Below, piece by piece: positions 11,452-23,076 of a stretch of 64,000 bases of DNA. The notes beneath the pieces were generated by a model. The model worked only from the letters and a program-made list of their open reading frames with translations. It made no database searches and was not told the origin of the DNA. The DNA comes from Octopus vulgaris (lineage: Eukaryota). Position numbers and translations under genes: made by a program. The stretch covers positions 9,920,001 to 9,984,000 of the forward strand of contig OX597839.1 in NCBI GenBank assembly GCA_951406725.2. Reading direction: 5' to 3'. Position 1 is the first letter of the stretch. Each line of letters begins with the position of its first letter.

Positions 11452-11874
11452 GGCAATCTTTCGTCTCTAGTAGACCTTTCCGTCGATTTCCGTAAAAAAA
11501 TTTTTTTTTTTACATATGGGCTTGCGGGAACTTTTGAAATAATGAGAGCGAAAGAGACTAAGAGAAAGCGATTGTATGACGAAGGAAGTTCTTTTGAAGT
11601 TACCGTGCATGTGAAGCATTGATGTACATGTGTGTGTGTGTGTGTGTGTGTGTTTGATGGGGTGTGGGAGACAGACAGTATGTTGTGTAAGTGAAGTGCT
11701 TCTGTTAGTGTGTGTGAAGAGACAGAGTAATGTGTGAAAGAAAGAGATAACTGAAATTTTTTACTCGGTGTATGTGTATGTATATTACTTCAAAAGTTCC
11801 CGCAAGCCCATACGTAAAAAAAAAAAATTTTTACGGAAATCGACGGAAAGGTCTACTAGAGACGAAAGATCGCC
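11452..11874. mobile_element. MITE family E, inverted second copy
   Basis: Near-identical reverse complement of 10302-10720. Confidence 0.9.
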
Positions 11875-12210
11875 TTTTTTTTTTTTTTACAATAAAACGA
11901 AAACAAAGAAAGAAAAATGAACAAAAAGTTTAAAAGATCGAACCCGGCAGCGTATAAGGCCCAGCAACGATCTTTCCCTTTCATCAATGATTAAGCTGGG
12001 TTACTAACACCCACCTTTCTCATCACACCCTTCCATCATTTCTCGTATTCTCTCGGTAGTAGGGTCCTCCTCTCCAACCCCATCTTGCTCTTCAGGAGTT
12101 ATCTGAAGTAAGATAGTAAACCGGGGCGAGAGATGAAGGACCCTTTCACCGAACCTTCCATTCTCATTCTCTAAACACACTCTTTCAGTACTGCAACCGT
12201 ACAGTAATAT
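11875..12210 (-). mobile_element. L1/Tx1-like LINE 3' end with poly(A)
   Basis: Minus frame VAVLKECV*RMR...LLSYFR*LLKSKMGLERRTL...W resembles a Tx1 ORF2 C-terminus; poly(T) on + strand at 11875-11888. Confidence 0.6.
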
Positions 12211-12559
12211 AAATAGTAAAGCACATTTGTTCTCTCATGACATGCACACCTAGGACCACGATATATCAATCAGTTCAGATAAGAACAAACAATAAGAGCT
12301 GTTTTCATTTAAACAAAACAGCCTTGCAACTTTGTTAGTGACTGGCGTCAATATTGCAAAAGGGAAAACTTTGGGAAAATAAATCCCAAAGAAACATATT
12401 ATACGCGCAGGAGTGGCTGTGTGATAAGAAGCATGGTTCCGGGTTCAGTCTTCCTGCGTGGCACCTTAGGCAAATGTATTCTACTACATAGCCTTGGGTC
12501 AGCCAAAGCTTTGTGAGTGGATTTGGTAAACGGAAACTGAAAGAAGCCGTGTATATATA

Positions 12560-13272
12560 CAGGGTGATTGGAAAGTAACTCCCTATTTTAAAATGCTTAT
12601 AATTTATTTATTAACTATAATTTTTTTCTCAAAATTTTTGTGTATGTTCTTTAATGTATGGGAATTGATTCCGTGTTGTTTTTGTTTTTTTTTTTCAGAT
12701 TGATTATTTTGTTTGAAATTTAGAAGCCCTACAAACATGGCTGGATGTTTTACTGTGCAGGAGCGTGCCTAGCTAGCTGCACATTACGAAGTTTGGAGAT
12801 CAGTTGTTCAAGTGCAAAGATGGCGGAGGACCATTAGAGGAAAACATGCTCAAGTTGATGCAAAGATAATCAAGAATTGCCATGCAAAATTCATGACTAC
12901 AGGATTTGTAGCTGGTACTTGAAGTGGTCGTCCTTCCAATTCATCAAGGTCCGCATGACTGGCTGGCCAGAAGCCCTGATTTAACACCCTGCAAACTATT
13001 TTCTTTGGGGTTGGTTAAAGGAAGAAGTCTTCTCTACCAAACCAATGACTTTGGAAGAAGTTATGTCTTTCATTCCACAAGACTTCCTGATGAAATCAGT
13101 TGATGTGGTTCCCAGGTGGTTTGAGAAGCTGGTGGTGAATGCTGATGCCTATATCAAATTTTAAATAAAATTCCATGCTACACACTTTCTTTACATATTC
13201 GTTTTTTCTAAAAATTATAGTTAATAAATAAATTACTAGTATTTTAAAATAGGGAGTTACTTTTCAATCACC

Positions 13273-13275
<3 letters not shown>
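12560..13275 (+). mobile_element. Internally deleted Tc1/mariner-superfamily element
   Basis: TA-flanked ~60-bp TIRs CAGGGTGATTG(G/A)AAAGTAACTCCCTATTTTAAAAT; remnants SGRPS and WLARSPDLTPC..FLWGWLKEEVF. Confidence 0.85.
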
Positions 13276-13335
<60 letters not shown>

Positions 13336-13671
13336 ATCGAGTAGCCGGCGAGTAAACCAATTAAGGAAAACATTAACACAAGGTATCTAATTTTTTCCTG
13401 TATGTATAAAATACCTTATAATATCTAGGGCTATTACTATTTATTGAAGTAGTTTGACTTTTAAGTCCCATTAAAGTGTGTGGCTTTTAAGTAGTAGCCC
13501 TCGATATTATAATAAACCGAAGAGATGGTGTTGTGGATTTCCATTTCGGCATCTGAAACTCAGAGTTTTATCTTGACTATCGAGTAATGTAACATATTAT
13601 TGTATAGATAAATTTCCTCTATTTACATAATGTTGAGGTCTCTTTCTTTCTTTTGTTATCTTACAGTTTTA

Positions 13672-13737
<66 letters not shown>

Positions 13738-13751
13738 CATACATACATACA

Positions 13752-13785
<34 letters not shown>

Positions 13786-13904
13786 CACACATACATACAT
13801 ACATAGGAGAATAGGAATTAAAGTTAACTCTTATTCAATTGGCTTTTCCAAAGATGCATTTATTAAAACATAAGTAAATATTTATATAAACACTACGAAC
13901 TTAC

Positions 13905-14330
13905 TGCGGTCGTCTGCAAAATTACCCGCCATTTGCCTTCAATAACACACGCACGCATTCCCGCTCTTTCTCTCTCAACTTCACTCTCTTCCTCTCTTCT
14001 CTTACCCACCTACATTCATTCTCAATTTGCTTTACTCTCTTTTCCTTTCTATTTTCAATACACAGTATTTACCTCACCCTCTCTCTATCTCTCTCTTCAT
14101 CTCACACGCGCGCGTACACCTTCTCTCTACTTCTTTCACTTTTCTTTCTCTTTGTCTCTTTTACTCTCCATTTTATTCTCTTCCATTTTCAATCACCAAC
14201 TCCTCTTTCTCGTTTTCTCTTCATTCTCTTTTCCTTTTCTTTCGACTTCCATCACCGACACTTCCCCTCCTGCTCTTTTCTTATCATCTCTTTCTTCCTC
14301 TATCTGTAACTCACTCAGAATCGTTTGTAT
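13905..14330 (-). promoter_or_regulatory. Candidate first exon/promoter of the ZCWPW-like gene
   Basis: CAAATGGCGGGT (YY1/start-like) followed by GCA|gtaagt donor at 13905/13904; upstream GA-rich tract. Its ATG is out of frame if spliced directly to 7988, so it is a uORF or an exon is missing. Confidence 0.4.
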
Positions 14331-14334
14331 GCCC

Positions 14335-14915
14335 GAAAAAATGCTTCCTGCCGAGGTCGACTTTGCCTCTCATCCTTTCGGGGTCGATAAATTAAGTACT
14401 AGTTACGCACTGGGGTCTATGTAATCGACTTAATACCTATGTCTGTCCTTGTTTGTCCCCTCTGTGTTTAGCCCCTTGTGGGTAATAAAGAAATAGGTAT
14501 TTCGTCTGCCGATGGCCACGAGCTGGCAGAATCGTTAGCACACCGGGCGAAATGCTTAGCGGTATTTCGTCTGCCGTTACGTTCTGAGTTCAAATTCCGC
14601 CGAGGTCGACTTTGCCTTTCATCCTTTCGGGGTTGATTAAATAAGTACCAGTTACGCACTGGGGTCGATAAAATCGACTTAATCCGTTTGTCTATCCTTG
14701 TTTGTCGCCTCTGTGTTTAGCCCATTGTGGGTAGTAAAGAAATAGGTATTTTGTCTGCCGTTACGTTCTGAGTTCAAATTCCGCTGAGGTCGACTTTGCC
14801 TTTCATCCTTTCAGGGTCAATTAAATAAGTACCAGTTACGCACTGGGGTCGATAAAATCGACTTAATCCGTTTGTCTGTCTTTGTTTGTTTCCTCTGTGT
14901 TTAGCCCCTTGTGGG
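14335..14915 (+). repeat. Tandem array of SINE family A
   Basis: Junctions at 14495/6 and 14744/5. Confidence 0.85.
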
Positions 14916-15984
14916 CTGAACTGCTAAACTACGGGGACGTAACACACCAGCATCGGTTGTCAAGCGATGTTGGGGGAGGGGGGACAAACACAGACACACA
15001 AACGTATACATACACACATACATATTTACAATGAGCTTCTTTCAGTTTCCGTATACCAAATCCACTCACAAGGCTTTGCTCAGCCCGAGTCTATAGTAGA
15101 AGACACTTTCCCAAGGTGCCACATAGTGGGACTGAACCCAGAACCATGTGGTTGGTAAGCAAGCTACTTGCCACACAGCCACTCCTACGCCTGTGAAGTT
15201 TATATTTACAAAACATTTCAGTGAAGCTATCTTGGAAAACATGAAAACCAATAATGTTGCAAATCAACATGAGATCATTCAACAATTGCAAAATAAAAAA
15301 TTGTTGTTCACTCTGGCTAGTATTCAACTCCAACTTGCTGTTGGAGATGTCCCAGCATGTGGCGTCCAAGATGAGGTGGGCTACCACCGTGGAATGTGAA
15401 AACTGTCATACAGTCTGGACTTTTACCATGCCCTCTGTCTAGCCATGCTGGCTCAAGCTGGGAAGGAAACCCTGTGGTGTCTAAGCTTTATGACCTTGTT
15501 TAAGTGCAGGGCTGTGTGGAGGCTGAAAGAATCCACTGTAGATCTGCGCTGGCATTCAGGGGGCTTGTATATCTGGAGACCATACCTCAGGGGAAACACC
15601 AATGTGCAGGCAGTCACTAAGAAGCTGAGTACGTGTTGCAAGTGATGGCACCACATTGAGCTATGTTCTGCTGTGTGGCTCAAACATTCCAGACTGTGCT
15701 GTTCAAGTCAGCACACTAGCTCATCCACAGTTATGCTACACTGGATGGTATCCTACTTCCTTTGAGAGGACCAGACGTTCACAGAAGAGGGTGGACATCA
15801 GCTGAGTGCAGGGCGAGTTGGTTCCATGTTGTGTCGGCCACCTCACATTCCCCAATCGCAGATGTGAAGAACCCTATTAATGAGGACATGGCAAGAGGTC
15901 ACTGACAAGAGAAAAGGTGGTAGGGCCAGTGAGACCGGAGATCAAAGGTTGAGGCTGCAATATTTGATGGATAAAGTTTTCTGT

Positions 15985-16620
15985 TGCCACAAAAACACCA
16001 ACGAAATCACAATTATCTTCAAAACCAGCAAAAAGTAAAAACATACTCAGAATCATCATGAAAAGTACAAATAAACACCAACAAAATCATAATTATCATC
16101 AAAAACCAGCAAAAAACACCATCACAATTATAGTCATAACTACAAAAACACCAACAAAATCATAATTATCATCAAAACCACTAAAAACACTAAAACACCC
16201 ACCCCCAAAAAACCCCAGCAGCAACACAATCAAGATCACCATAAAACCACTAAAGACACCAACATTATCATAATCATTATCGATACAACCACAAAACAGC
16301 AACACAACCATAATCAACACCAATACCAACACAATCGTAATTATCATGAAAAGTACCTAAAGACACCAACATTATCATAATCATTATCAAAGCCACCAAA
16401 AAGCTTTTAAGAAAATCATAATTATCATCAATACTGTTGAAAACACCAACACAATATTAATCATAACCAAAACCATACAAAATAAAAAGAAAAACAATAA
16501 CATACCCATAATCATTATGAAAACCACCTTAAGATAATCATAATCAACAAAACCACCAAAAACCACTGACACAATGGTAATCATCATCATAATTACCAAA
16601 ATCCCATTCACAATCATAAT
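15985..16620. repeat. Degenerate ~35-bp minisatellite (AAAACACCAACAAAATCATAATTATCATC-like), resumes near 17890-18070
   Basis: Recurrent motif with strong A/C strand bias; interrupted by a mariner and a palindromic element. Confidence 0.7.
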
Positions 16621-16622
16621 TA

Positions 16623-17570
16623 TTGGGTTGTCCGGAAAGTTCGTGCCGATTTTTAAAAGAAAGAGAAAGGTCAATAAATACGTGCCATTACATTTTTAAT
16701 CAACCAGATATGAGGCATGTAAAAAACACCATCTGAACGTGGTCGATGCCAGTGCCACCTTGACTGGCTTCTGTGCCAGTGGAACGTAAAAAGCACCATC
16801 CGAACATGGCTGATGCCAGCGCTGCCTTGACTGGCTTCCGTGCCGGTGGCATGTAAAAAGCACCAATCTGATCGTGGCCGTTGCCAGCCTCGCCTGGCAC
16901 CTGTGCCGGTGGCATGTAAAAAGCACCCACTACACTCACAGAGTGGTTGGCGTTAGGAAGGGCATCCAGCTGTAGAAACACTGCCAGATCAGACTGGGGC
17001 CTGGTGCAGCCTTCTGGCTTCCCAGATCCCGGTTGAACCATCCAACCCATGCTAGCATGGAAAACGGACGTTAAATGATGATGATGAAATATGAACTATT
17101 TTGTTGCACAATGCATCTCCAGCATTCCTTTAACTTGAAAAATACCCTCTTCCCAGAATTGGGGTGGTTTCATGGCAAAGAATTCATCAAGGTATCTTTT
17201 TACGTCATCCAAGAAATTGAAATTTTTACCATTAAGATTATTCTGCAGAGACCTGAATAAGTGGAAATCCGAAGGAGCAATATCTGGTGAATATGGAGGG
17301 TGGGGTAACACATCCCAGCCGAGCTGCAGCAATTTTTGTCTGGTTTCCAAAGCATCAAGTGCCGAAAATGAACTTTCTTATCTTCCATTTTAAAGGGTTA
17401 CAGAATTAACACAGGTTATAGGAACATAAACATTCTTCCGCAAAAAGATAGCTTAAACTGTGCTCTAAATAGAGGTGTAGTCAAATCCTATTTTATGGAC
17501 TCGACCATGTTCTAAAATAAGTCGAAAGGTAAGCTACTATAAATCGACACAAACTTTCCGGACAACCCAA
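16623..17570 (-). mobile_element. Internally deleted mariner transposon with nested family C insertion
   Basis: TA TSD; TIR TTGGGTTGTCCGGAAAGTT; ORF 17096-17350 contains LGWDVLPHPPYSPDIAPSDFHLFRSL (mariner YSPDLAP motif); another end near 25320-25460. Confidence 0.92.
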
Positions 17571-17577
17571 TATAATT

Positions 17578-17890
17578 ATTATGGAGATGTACTTGCATAG
17601 TGAGTGACTTGATCTGAGATTGTATGCTAGAATGAAAACAATTGCAGCGTGGAAGGTGTTTATAAGCCATTTAAGAAACACACAAAAACCGTTAGATTCA
17701 CTTCAACATTTAAATTTAATTTGTCAAAATATGTTCGTTGCTTTGAGACCGCAGTATGAAGTTTTGTCAGTGAACAGGTCGTGGTCTCAAAGCAATGAAA
17801 ATATTTTGACAAATTAAATTTAAGTGTTGAAGTGAATCTAATGGTTTTTGTGTGTTTCTTAAACGGCTTATAAACACCTTCCATGCTCCA
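17578..17890. mobile_element. Palindromic repeat family H (Penelope-like inverted terminal structure)
   Basis: ~105-bp inverted arms 17645-17750 / 17783-17888; second copy near 56868-57150. Confidence 0.7.
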
Positions 17891-18103
17891 ATATAATTAG
17901 AAACAAACAAAAGAAATCAACATACTCATGATCCTTATCAATACCACCATAAACCATGAACACAATCATAATCATTATCGATATCACCAAAAAACACCAA
18001 CATCATCATAATCATCCTCAAAACCACAGCAATGCAATCCTGATCACCATCAAAACCACCAAAACCAGCAGAACTGAGAAAAACATCACAGATGTGCTTG
18101 AAT

Positions 18104-18720
18104 TTTTTGTTGTTTGTTCCTTCACGAGCCATACCTGGCTCATTAGGGCCGTTTCCTTGGCGTATAGGTTCCCCACCTGGACGGGACGCCGGTCCGTCGC
18201 AGGTGAGCTGCAAGATGCAGGAGGAAAGAGCGAGAGAAAGTTGTGGCGAAAGAGTCAGCAGAAGTTTTGCCATTACCTTCTGCCGGAGCCGCGTGAAGCT
18301 TGGGTGTTTCGCTCATAAACACACACATCACCTGGTCTGAGATTTGAACCCGCGATCCCTCAACCGCTGCTCTAACCACTAGGCCATGTGCCTCCACAGA
18401 TGTGCTTGAATTTTTTGTTGTTTGTTCCTTCTCAAGCCATACCTGGCTCATTAGGGCTGGTTTCCCAGTTTCCTTGGTGTATAGGTTCCCCACCTGGACA
18501 GGACGCCGGTCCATTGCAGGTGAGCTACAAGATACAGGAGGAAAGAGTGAGAGAAAGTTGTGGCGAAAGAGTCAGCAGAAGTTCACCATTACCTTCTGCC
18601 GGAGCCGCGTGGAGCTTAGGTGTTTTGCTCATAAACACACACATCGCCCGGTCTGAGATTCAAACCCGCGATCCCTCGACCACGAGACCGCTGCTCTAAC
18701 CACTAGGCCATGTGCCTCCA
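18104..18720 (-). mobile_element. Two tandem copies of tRNA-derived SINE family F inside a mariner remnant
   Basis: Head GGAGGCACATGGCCTAGTGGTTAGAGCAGCGG..GGTT(C/T)GAATCTC; other copies near 50352-50655 and 52440-52580. Confidence 0.85.
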
Positions 18721-19200
18721 CAGATGTGCTTGAATCACCATCCATGAGTTATCAGAGGATGTGCAGATTAGTTATGGCTCTGTTCAGTCCATTATCACTG
18801 TAGATTTGGGTACGAGACACGTATCTGCCTTGATTGTGCCAAAACTGCTTTCAGCTGATCAAAAAGACACTTGGGTTTCAGTTGCACAAGATCTTGATTG
18901 TGTCAAGAATGATGAAAACATTTTGAAAACTTTGCGTAGGCCTCTGAGCAGGTATTGCAAAGCTTTTGGTAAAATTTGATGCAGATTCTCCACTCAACTT
19001 TCTCTGTCATGGTTAATGTCACGATTATGTTACACACCTTCTTTCCAAGTGCTGCTGTAAACAGCAGAAGTGAGCTAAAATGTTAAAACTTAGTGCACAT
19101 GCACAGCAGAGTTCAACATGACTCTACGCCAATCAGCTTCACTCTGTGTGCTTTAGCTTTGTTACTATGGCAACAGTCCGGATACTTATTGATCAAACAG
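18721..19200 (+). mobile_element. Mariner transposase remnant
   Basis: ITIHELSEDVQISYGSVQSII..LGTRHVSALIVPKLLSADQK (HTH plus WVPxxL-like motif). Confidence 0.75.
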
Positions 19201-20279
19201 GGTTGCAGATCTGTGGAATAAGCTGCCGGACGAGATAGTGAAGATGCCGACGACCACTCAGTTCAAAGTCTCTCTTGACCAGAAATGGCCTGAACTCTGT
19301 GTATGAACACCCTCCCTGTACATAACTCCATGTCCCCTACATGGCCTTGCTTTTGCTTTTTGAGCCAAAAAGTTAACTTAACTTAACTTAACTAAGTCCA
19401 TGTATATATGTGTGTGTGTATGTATGTATAAACATAAACACTCATTATAAATTTTGATTTGTTCCTGTAATTATCAGTAGAACCCCTACCTATATTTAGT
19501 CAAGTCTTCCTCCTTTGCCTCACACTGCTATATCTACTGTTATTCAAACCTGACACAGACTTCACCACCATCGCCCCAGCTAATCTGTGGGATTGCATGA
19601 GAGAGACCATCTGCTGTTTCACCATTCTCTATATACAGTCAATAAGTGAGGACATATTTTTACCATGTAAGTTGTTACAAGTATTTGCTCTTGCTTTATA
19701 TACATATATGAATGTGTGAGTGTGTGTGTGTGTGTGTATACAGGTGTGATGGTGATTCTGGAATATGGCTTTGTTCAGGGGTTTTGATGTTCAGGGGTTT
19801 TGATGTATAATTACATGTTTAAGTAAAAGAAATGGTGGGTGTGTGTATCATATGTAAATGTAGTCTATAACCTCTTTTAATATAAAATTCATATATCATC
19901 ATCATTATTATTGTTTAACGTCCGTTTTCCATGCTAGCATGGGTTGGACAGTTCGACCAGGGTCTGGGAAGCCAGGAGGCTGCACCAGGCTCCAGTCTGA
20001 TTTGGCAAGTGTTTCTACAGCTGGACGTCCTTCTTAACGCCAACCACTCTGTGAGTGTAGTGGGTGCTTTTTACATTTCACCGACACAGATGCCAGTCAG
20101 GTGACGCTGGCATCAACCACGTGTTCATATATATATATAAGGCGGCGAGCTGGCAGAAACGTTAGCACGCCGGGCGAAATGCTCAGCAGTATTTAATCCC
20201 TTTTTCTGTCCTTGTTTGTCCCCTCTATGTTTAGCCCCTTGTGGGCAATAAAGAAATATATATATATTTTTTTTTAATG

Positions 20280-20715
20280 TTGGGCATGCAAGGAAAGGAA
20301 ACCATTAGGTTGTGCCTATTGAACAAACATCCTTAACTGTGTTTCTGCCTGGAGTGCTTGTCTACTATCCTAAGGAATATCCTTCCCACACTAGTTTTAA
20401 CATTGAGGGAGAAGGGTGGGGCAAACGAAATGACCTTCCAGTGGCACTTCTTTTGTGAGTGCTAGGGCCTGGTATATAGGAGATGCAGCCCTTAAACCCA
20501 CTGGATGATAGGGCTTTGTTATATTAGGGAGTCTTGATATCAAAAATTTCTTGATTTGAGGACAGGTTTGAAGTCCACTTGTTAACATTCTTCTCTAGGT
20601 TCCTGAACAAGATCAGTGGGCAGCAGAAGGCAGTGTTGATGTAGGGTAGCCTCTCGTTTGGTTTGCAATAGGCCAGTATGGACTGGAGCCCCAGTCTAGC
20701 ATGATGTTCCCACTA
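20280..20715 (-). mobile_element. Penelope-like retroelement ORF remnant
   Basis: Degenerate YCKPNERLPYIN...NLSSNQEIFD...YNKALSSSGF and VKTSVGRIFLRIVDKH...LFNRHNLMVSFPCMPNI (RT-thumb/linker of Penelope-like elements). Confidence 0.75.
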
Positions 20716-20816
20716 ATTTGCTACCACTACCATCACTACCATCAAATCCCTATCCACCACACTCTCTATTCTTGTCTGTTTTCTTTTTTTGTTTCTCTCT
20801 CACACAGCCACAAGGT

Positions 20817-21093
20817 ATGACAGTTCTACCTGTCATCTGCAGTCTTCCATTTGGTTGGCAGAGGTCATCTTTCATGCTGCCACCAGCTCCACCATCACCA
20901 TCGCAACCATTCCAGTTGGTACTTACAGTATTGCTGCTGCTGTTACCGCACATGTCTTGGTGCCAAACAAAAGCAGCAGAAGACCACTTAATTTCTGAAC
21001 TGGTACATTCTATAGAGAAAGCATCAGTTTTCTTTGACGAATACCAAAACAATATCAACGTAGACGGTTTATTTGGAATTCAAGTAGGACAAG
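20817..21093 (+). CDS. UPF0764/C16orf89-like secreted protein, coding exon 1
   Basis: Acceptor cacacag| at 20807; ATG at 20817 (alternative 20874); hydrophobic LVLTVLLLLL signal; INVDGLFG motif; CAAG|gtgagt (phase 1). Confidence 0.85.
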
Positions 21094-21344
21094 GTGAGTA
21101 TAAACTATTTTATACTCAGTAATTATGCTGAATATATTCATAGTTAAAAGCATCCTTAACCTTCAGTACAAAACAATGGCAATGTAACGTAGTAATCAAA
21201 CTTTCGCATAGGTACAGGCATAGCTGTGTAGTTAAGAAGCTCGCTTTGCAGCCATAAGGGTTTGAGTTTAGTCACACTGTACAGCATCTTTGGCCAGTGT
21301 CTTCTGCTATAGTCCTGTGAATTTCATATCTATTTTTATTTATA

Positions 21345-21707
21345 ACTATCAGTATCTCCCGGCATTGCTCGGGTTTGTTTCGACCCTTTAGAATTGAAAA
21401 TTTTGAAAAGTAAAAGTTTTGCATTATGTAGCTTGTTGTTCTCTTTAAGTGAACATTTTTCTGGTTGAAATGCACCGAAATATGGTGACACAGCAGTCAA
21501 AAAATCGTAAAAAATAGGGATTTTCATAGAAAAAAAGCACCTTTTTGATGTAAATGATTTTTGGTGTTAACATGGTCTGAAGAGCAAGCCTTCTTCTATC
21601 ATACTCTCAATTTTGGTCAACTTGCGCCGCAGGGTCTCGGAGGAGATAGTGTTAGTAGAAGGCTACGAAACCTGCCACACACACACAGATAAATTCAGCC
21701 TTGTATA
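21345..21707 (-). mobile_element. Non-autonomous Helitron-like element (second family)
   Basis: CCCGGCATTGCTCGGG hairpin next to a degenerate CTAG end; CA repeat near the other end. Confidence 0.5.
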
Positions 21708-22115
21708 CTCTTTACTCTTTTATTTGTTTCAGTTATTTGACTGTGGTCATGCTGGAGCACCGCCTTTAATCGAGCAACTCGATCCCGGGACTTAATCTTT
21801 TTGTAAGCCCAGTACTTATTCTATCGGTCTCTTTTGCCGAACCGCTAAGTAACGGGGACATAAACACACCAGCATCGGTTGTCAAGCAATGCTTGGTGGA
21901 CAAACACAGACACACAAACATACACGCACACACATATATATATACATATATACGATGGGCTTCTTTCAGTTTCCGTCTACCAAATCCACTCACAAGGCTT
22001 TGGTCGGCCCGAGGCTATAGTAGAAGACACTTGCCCAAGGTGCCACGCACTGGGACTGAACCCGGAACCATGTGGTTGGTAAACAAGCTACTTACCACAC
22101 AGCCACTCCTGCGCC
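21708..22115 (-). mobile_element. tRNA-derived SINE family B (CORE-like) with internal microsatellite
   Basis: GCAGGAGTGGCTGTGTGGTAAG..GGTTCAGTCCC..CACCTTGGGCAAGTG, GTAAAAGA tail. Other copies near 12405, 14917, 27124, 29608, 31985, 40058, 45820, 47309, 48721, 51160, 54195, 62551, 63100. Confidence 0.88.
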
Positions 22116-22158
22116 TATATATATAGATTTGTTATTTATTTATTTATTCATTGTGCAG

Positions 22159-22471
22159 GTCAATTGCTCAGTATTGATAAATTATTATCCAAGATTCATG
22201 CGGATGAGAAACTGAAAGAGAAGATCCAACAGATCATAGCAAGGATGGAAGTGGTTATCAAGTTGATTAACAACAGAAACCAGAAGAGCATGACATCCTA
22301 CAGCCAACGTTTCAAGCAGCTGGTTACAGAACCAATGGAAATACCCTGGGTACCACGGTGGCTGGTTGACAACCAAAAACCGATATCTTTTGAAAAGCTG
22401 CAGGTTTACAATGAAGAATTTGGTGACACTTGCTTGGCTCGTGTGTTAGGTAGCTATGTACCGGAAAATGA
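22159..22471 (+). CDS. C16orf89-like, exon 2
   Basis: tgtgcag|GT CAA TTG ... YNEEFGDTCLARVLG ... GA|gtgagt (phase 1 to 2). Confidence 0.9.
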
Positions 22472-22499
22472 GTGAGTTTTTGTATGTTGGGTGTTCTTG

Positions 22500-22880
22500 T
22501 CATCACTGACAAAACCACTTTTTTTACTATTCTCATCATCACCTTTGCCATCATCATCATCATTGCCATCTTCATCCTTTTTTCTTCTCCTCTTGCCCCT
22601 CATCATCATCATGCCTATCATCACCACCATTATCACTGTTGTCATTGTTATTGAGCTGCCACTGTCATCATCAACTTGTCCACTTCCTTTGTCCTTCTTA
22701 CCCACCACCTCAATTGTCATCATCATCATTATCATTCCTATCATCGTTACCATTGTCTTTGAGCTGCCACTTTCATTGTCATCATCATCATCATCATCAT
22801 CATCATTCCTATCATTCATTACCATCACCATTGTCATTAAGCTGCCAGTCATCATCATTTACATTATCATTGATACTATT
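22500..22880. repeat. Degenerate (CAT)n intronic tract
   Basis: catcat-rich low complexity; explains the overlapping ORFs in the track. Confidence 0.85.
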
Positions 22881-22961
22881 GTCGGTGTTATTAGTGTCAG
22901 TGTGTTCACAACACCCTTTGATTCCAACCGTTTCACAATAGCATTCTTTTGTCCATTCCAG

Positions 22962-23076
22962 GGATCAACTACCAAAGTGCAACGTCACAAAAGAATGTCT
23001 GGACTTTATGACCAAACCAAACACCACCGGTTATTACCTTTCACACCAACTCCTATATTTCAATTGTATTCAAATG
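22962..23076 (+). CDS. C16orf89-like, exon 3
   Basis: ttccag|G GAT CAA; KCNVTKECLDFMTKPNTTGYYLSHQLLYF (family GYxLxHQLLYF motif); ATG|gtacat (phase 2 to 0). Confidence 0.92.

Noticed and set aside
13933-14424. 163-aa hydrophobic ORF
   Set aside because: CT-rich low-complexity tract running into a SINE.
15340-15960. GC-richer region with short ORFs
   Set aside because: Looks like a heavily decayed LINE remnant; no motif is clear enough to call.
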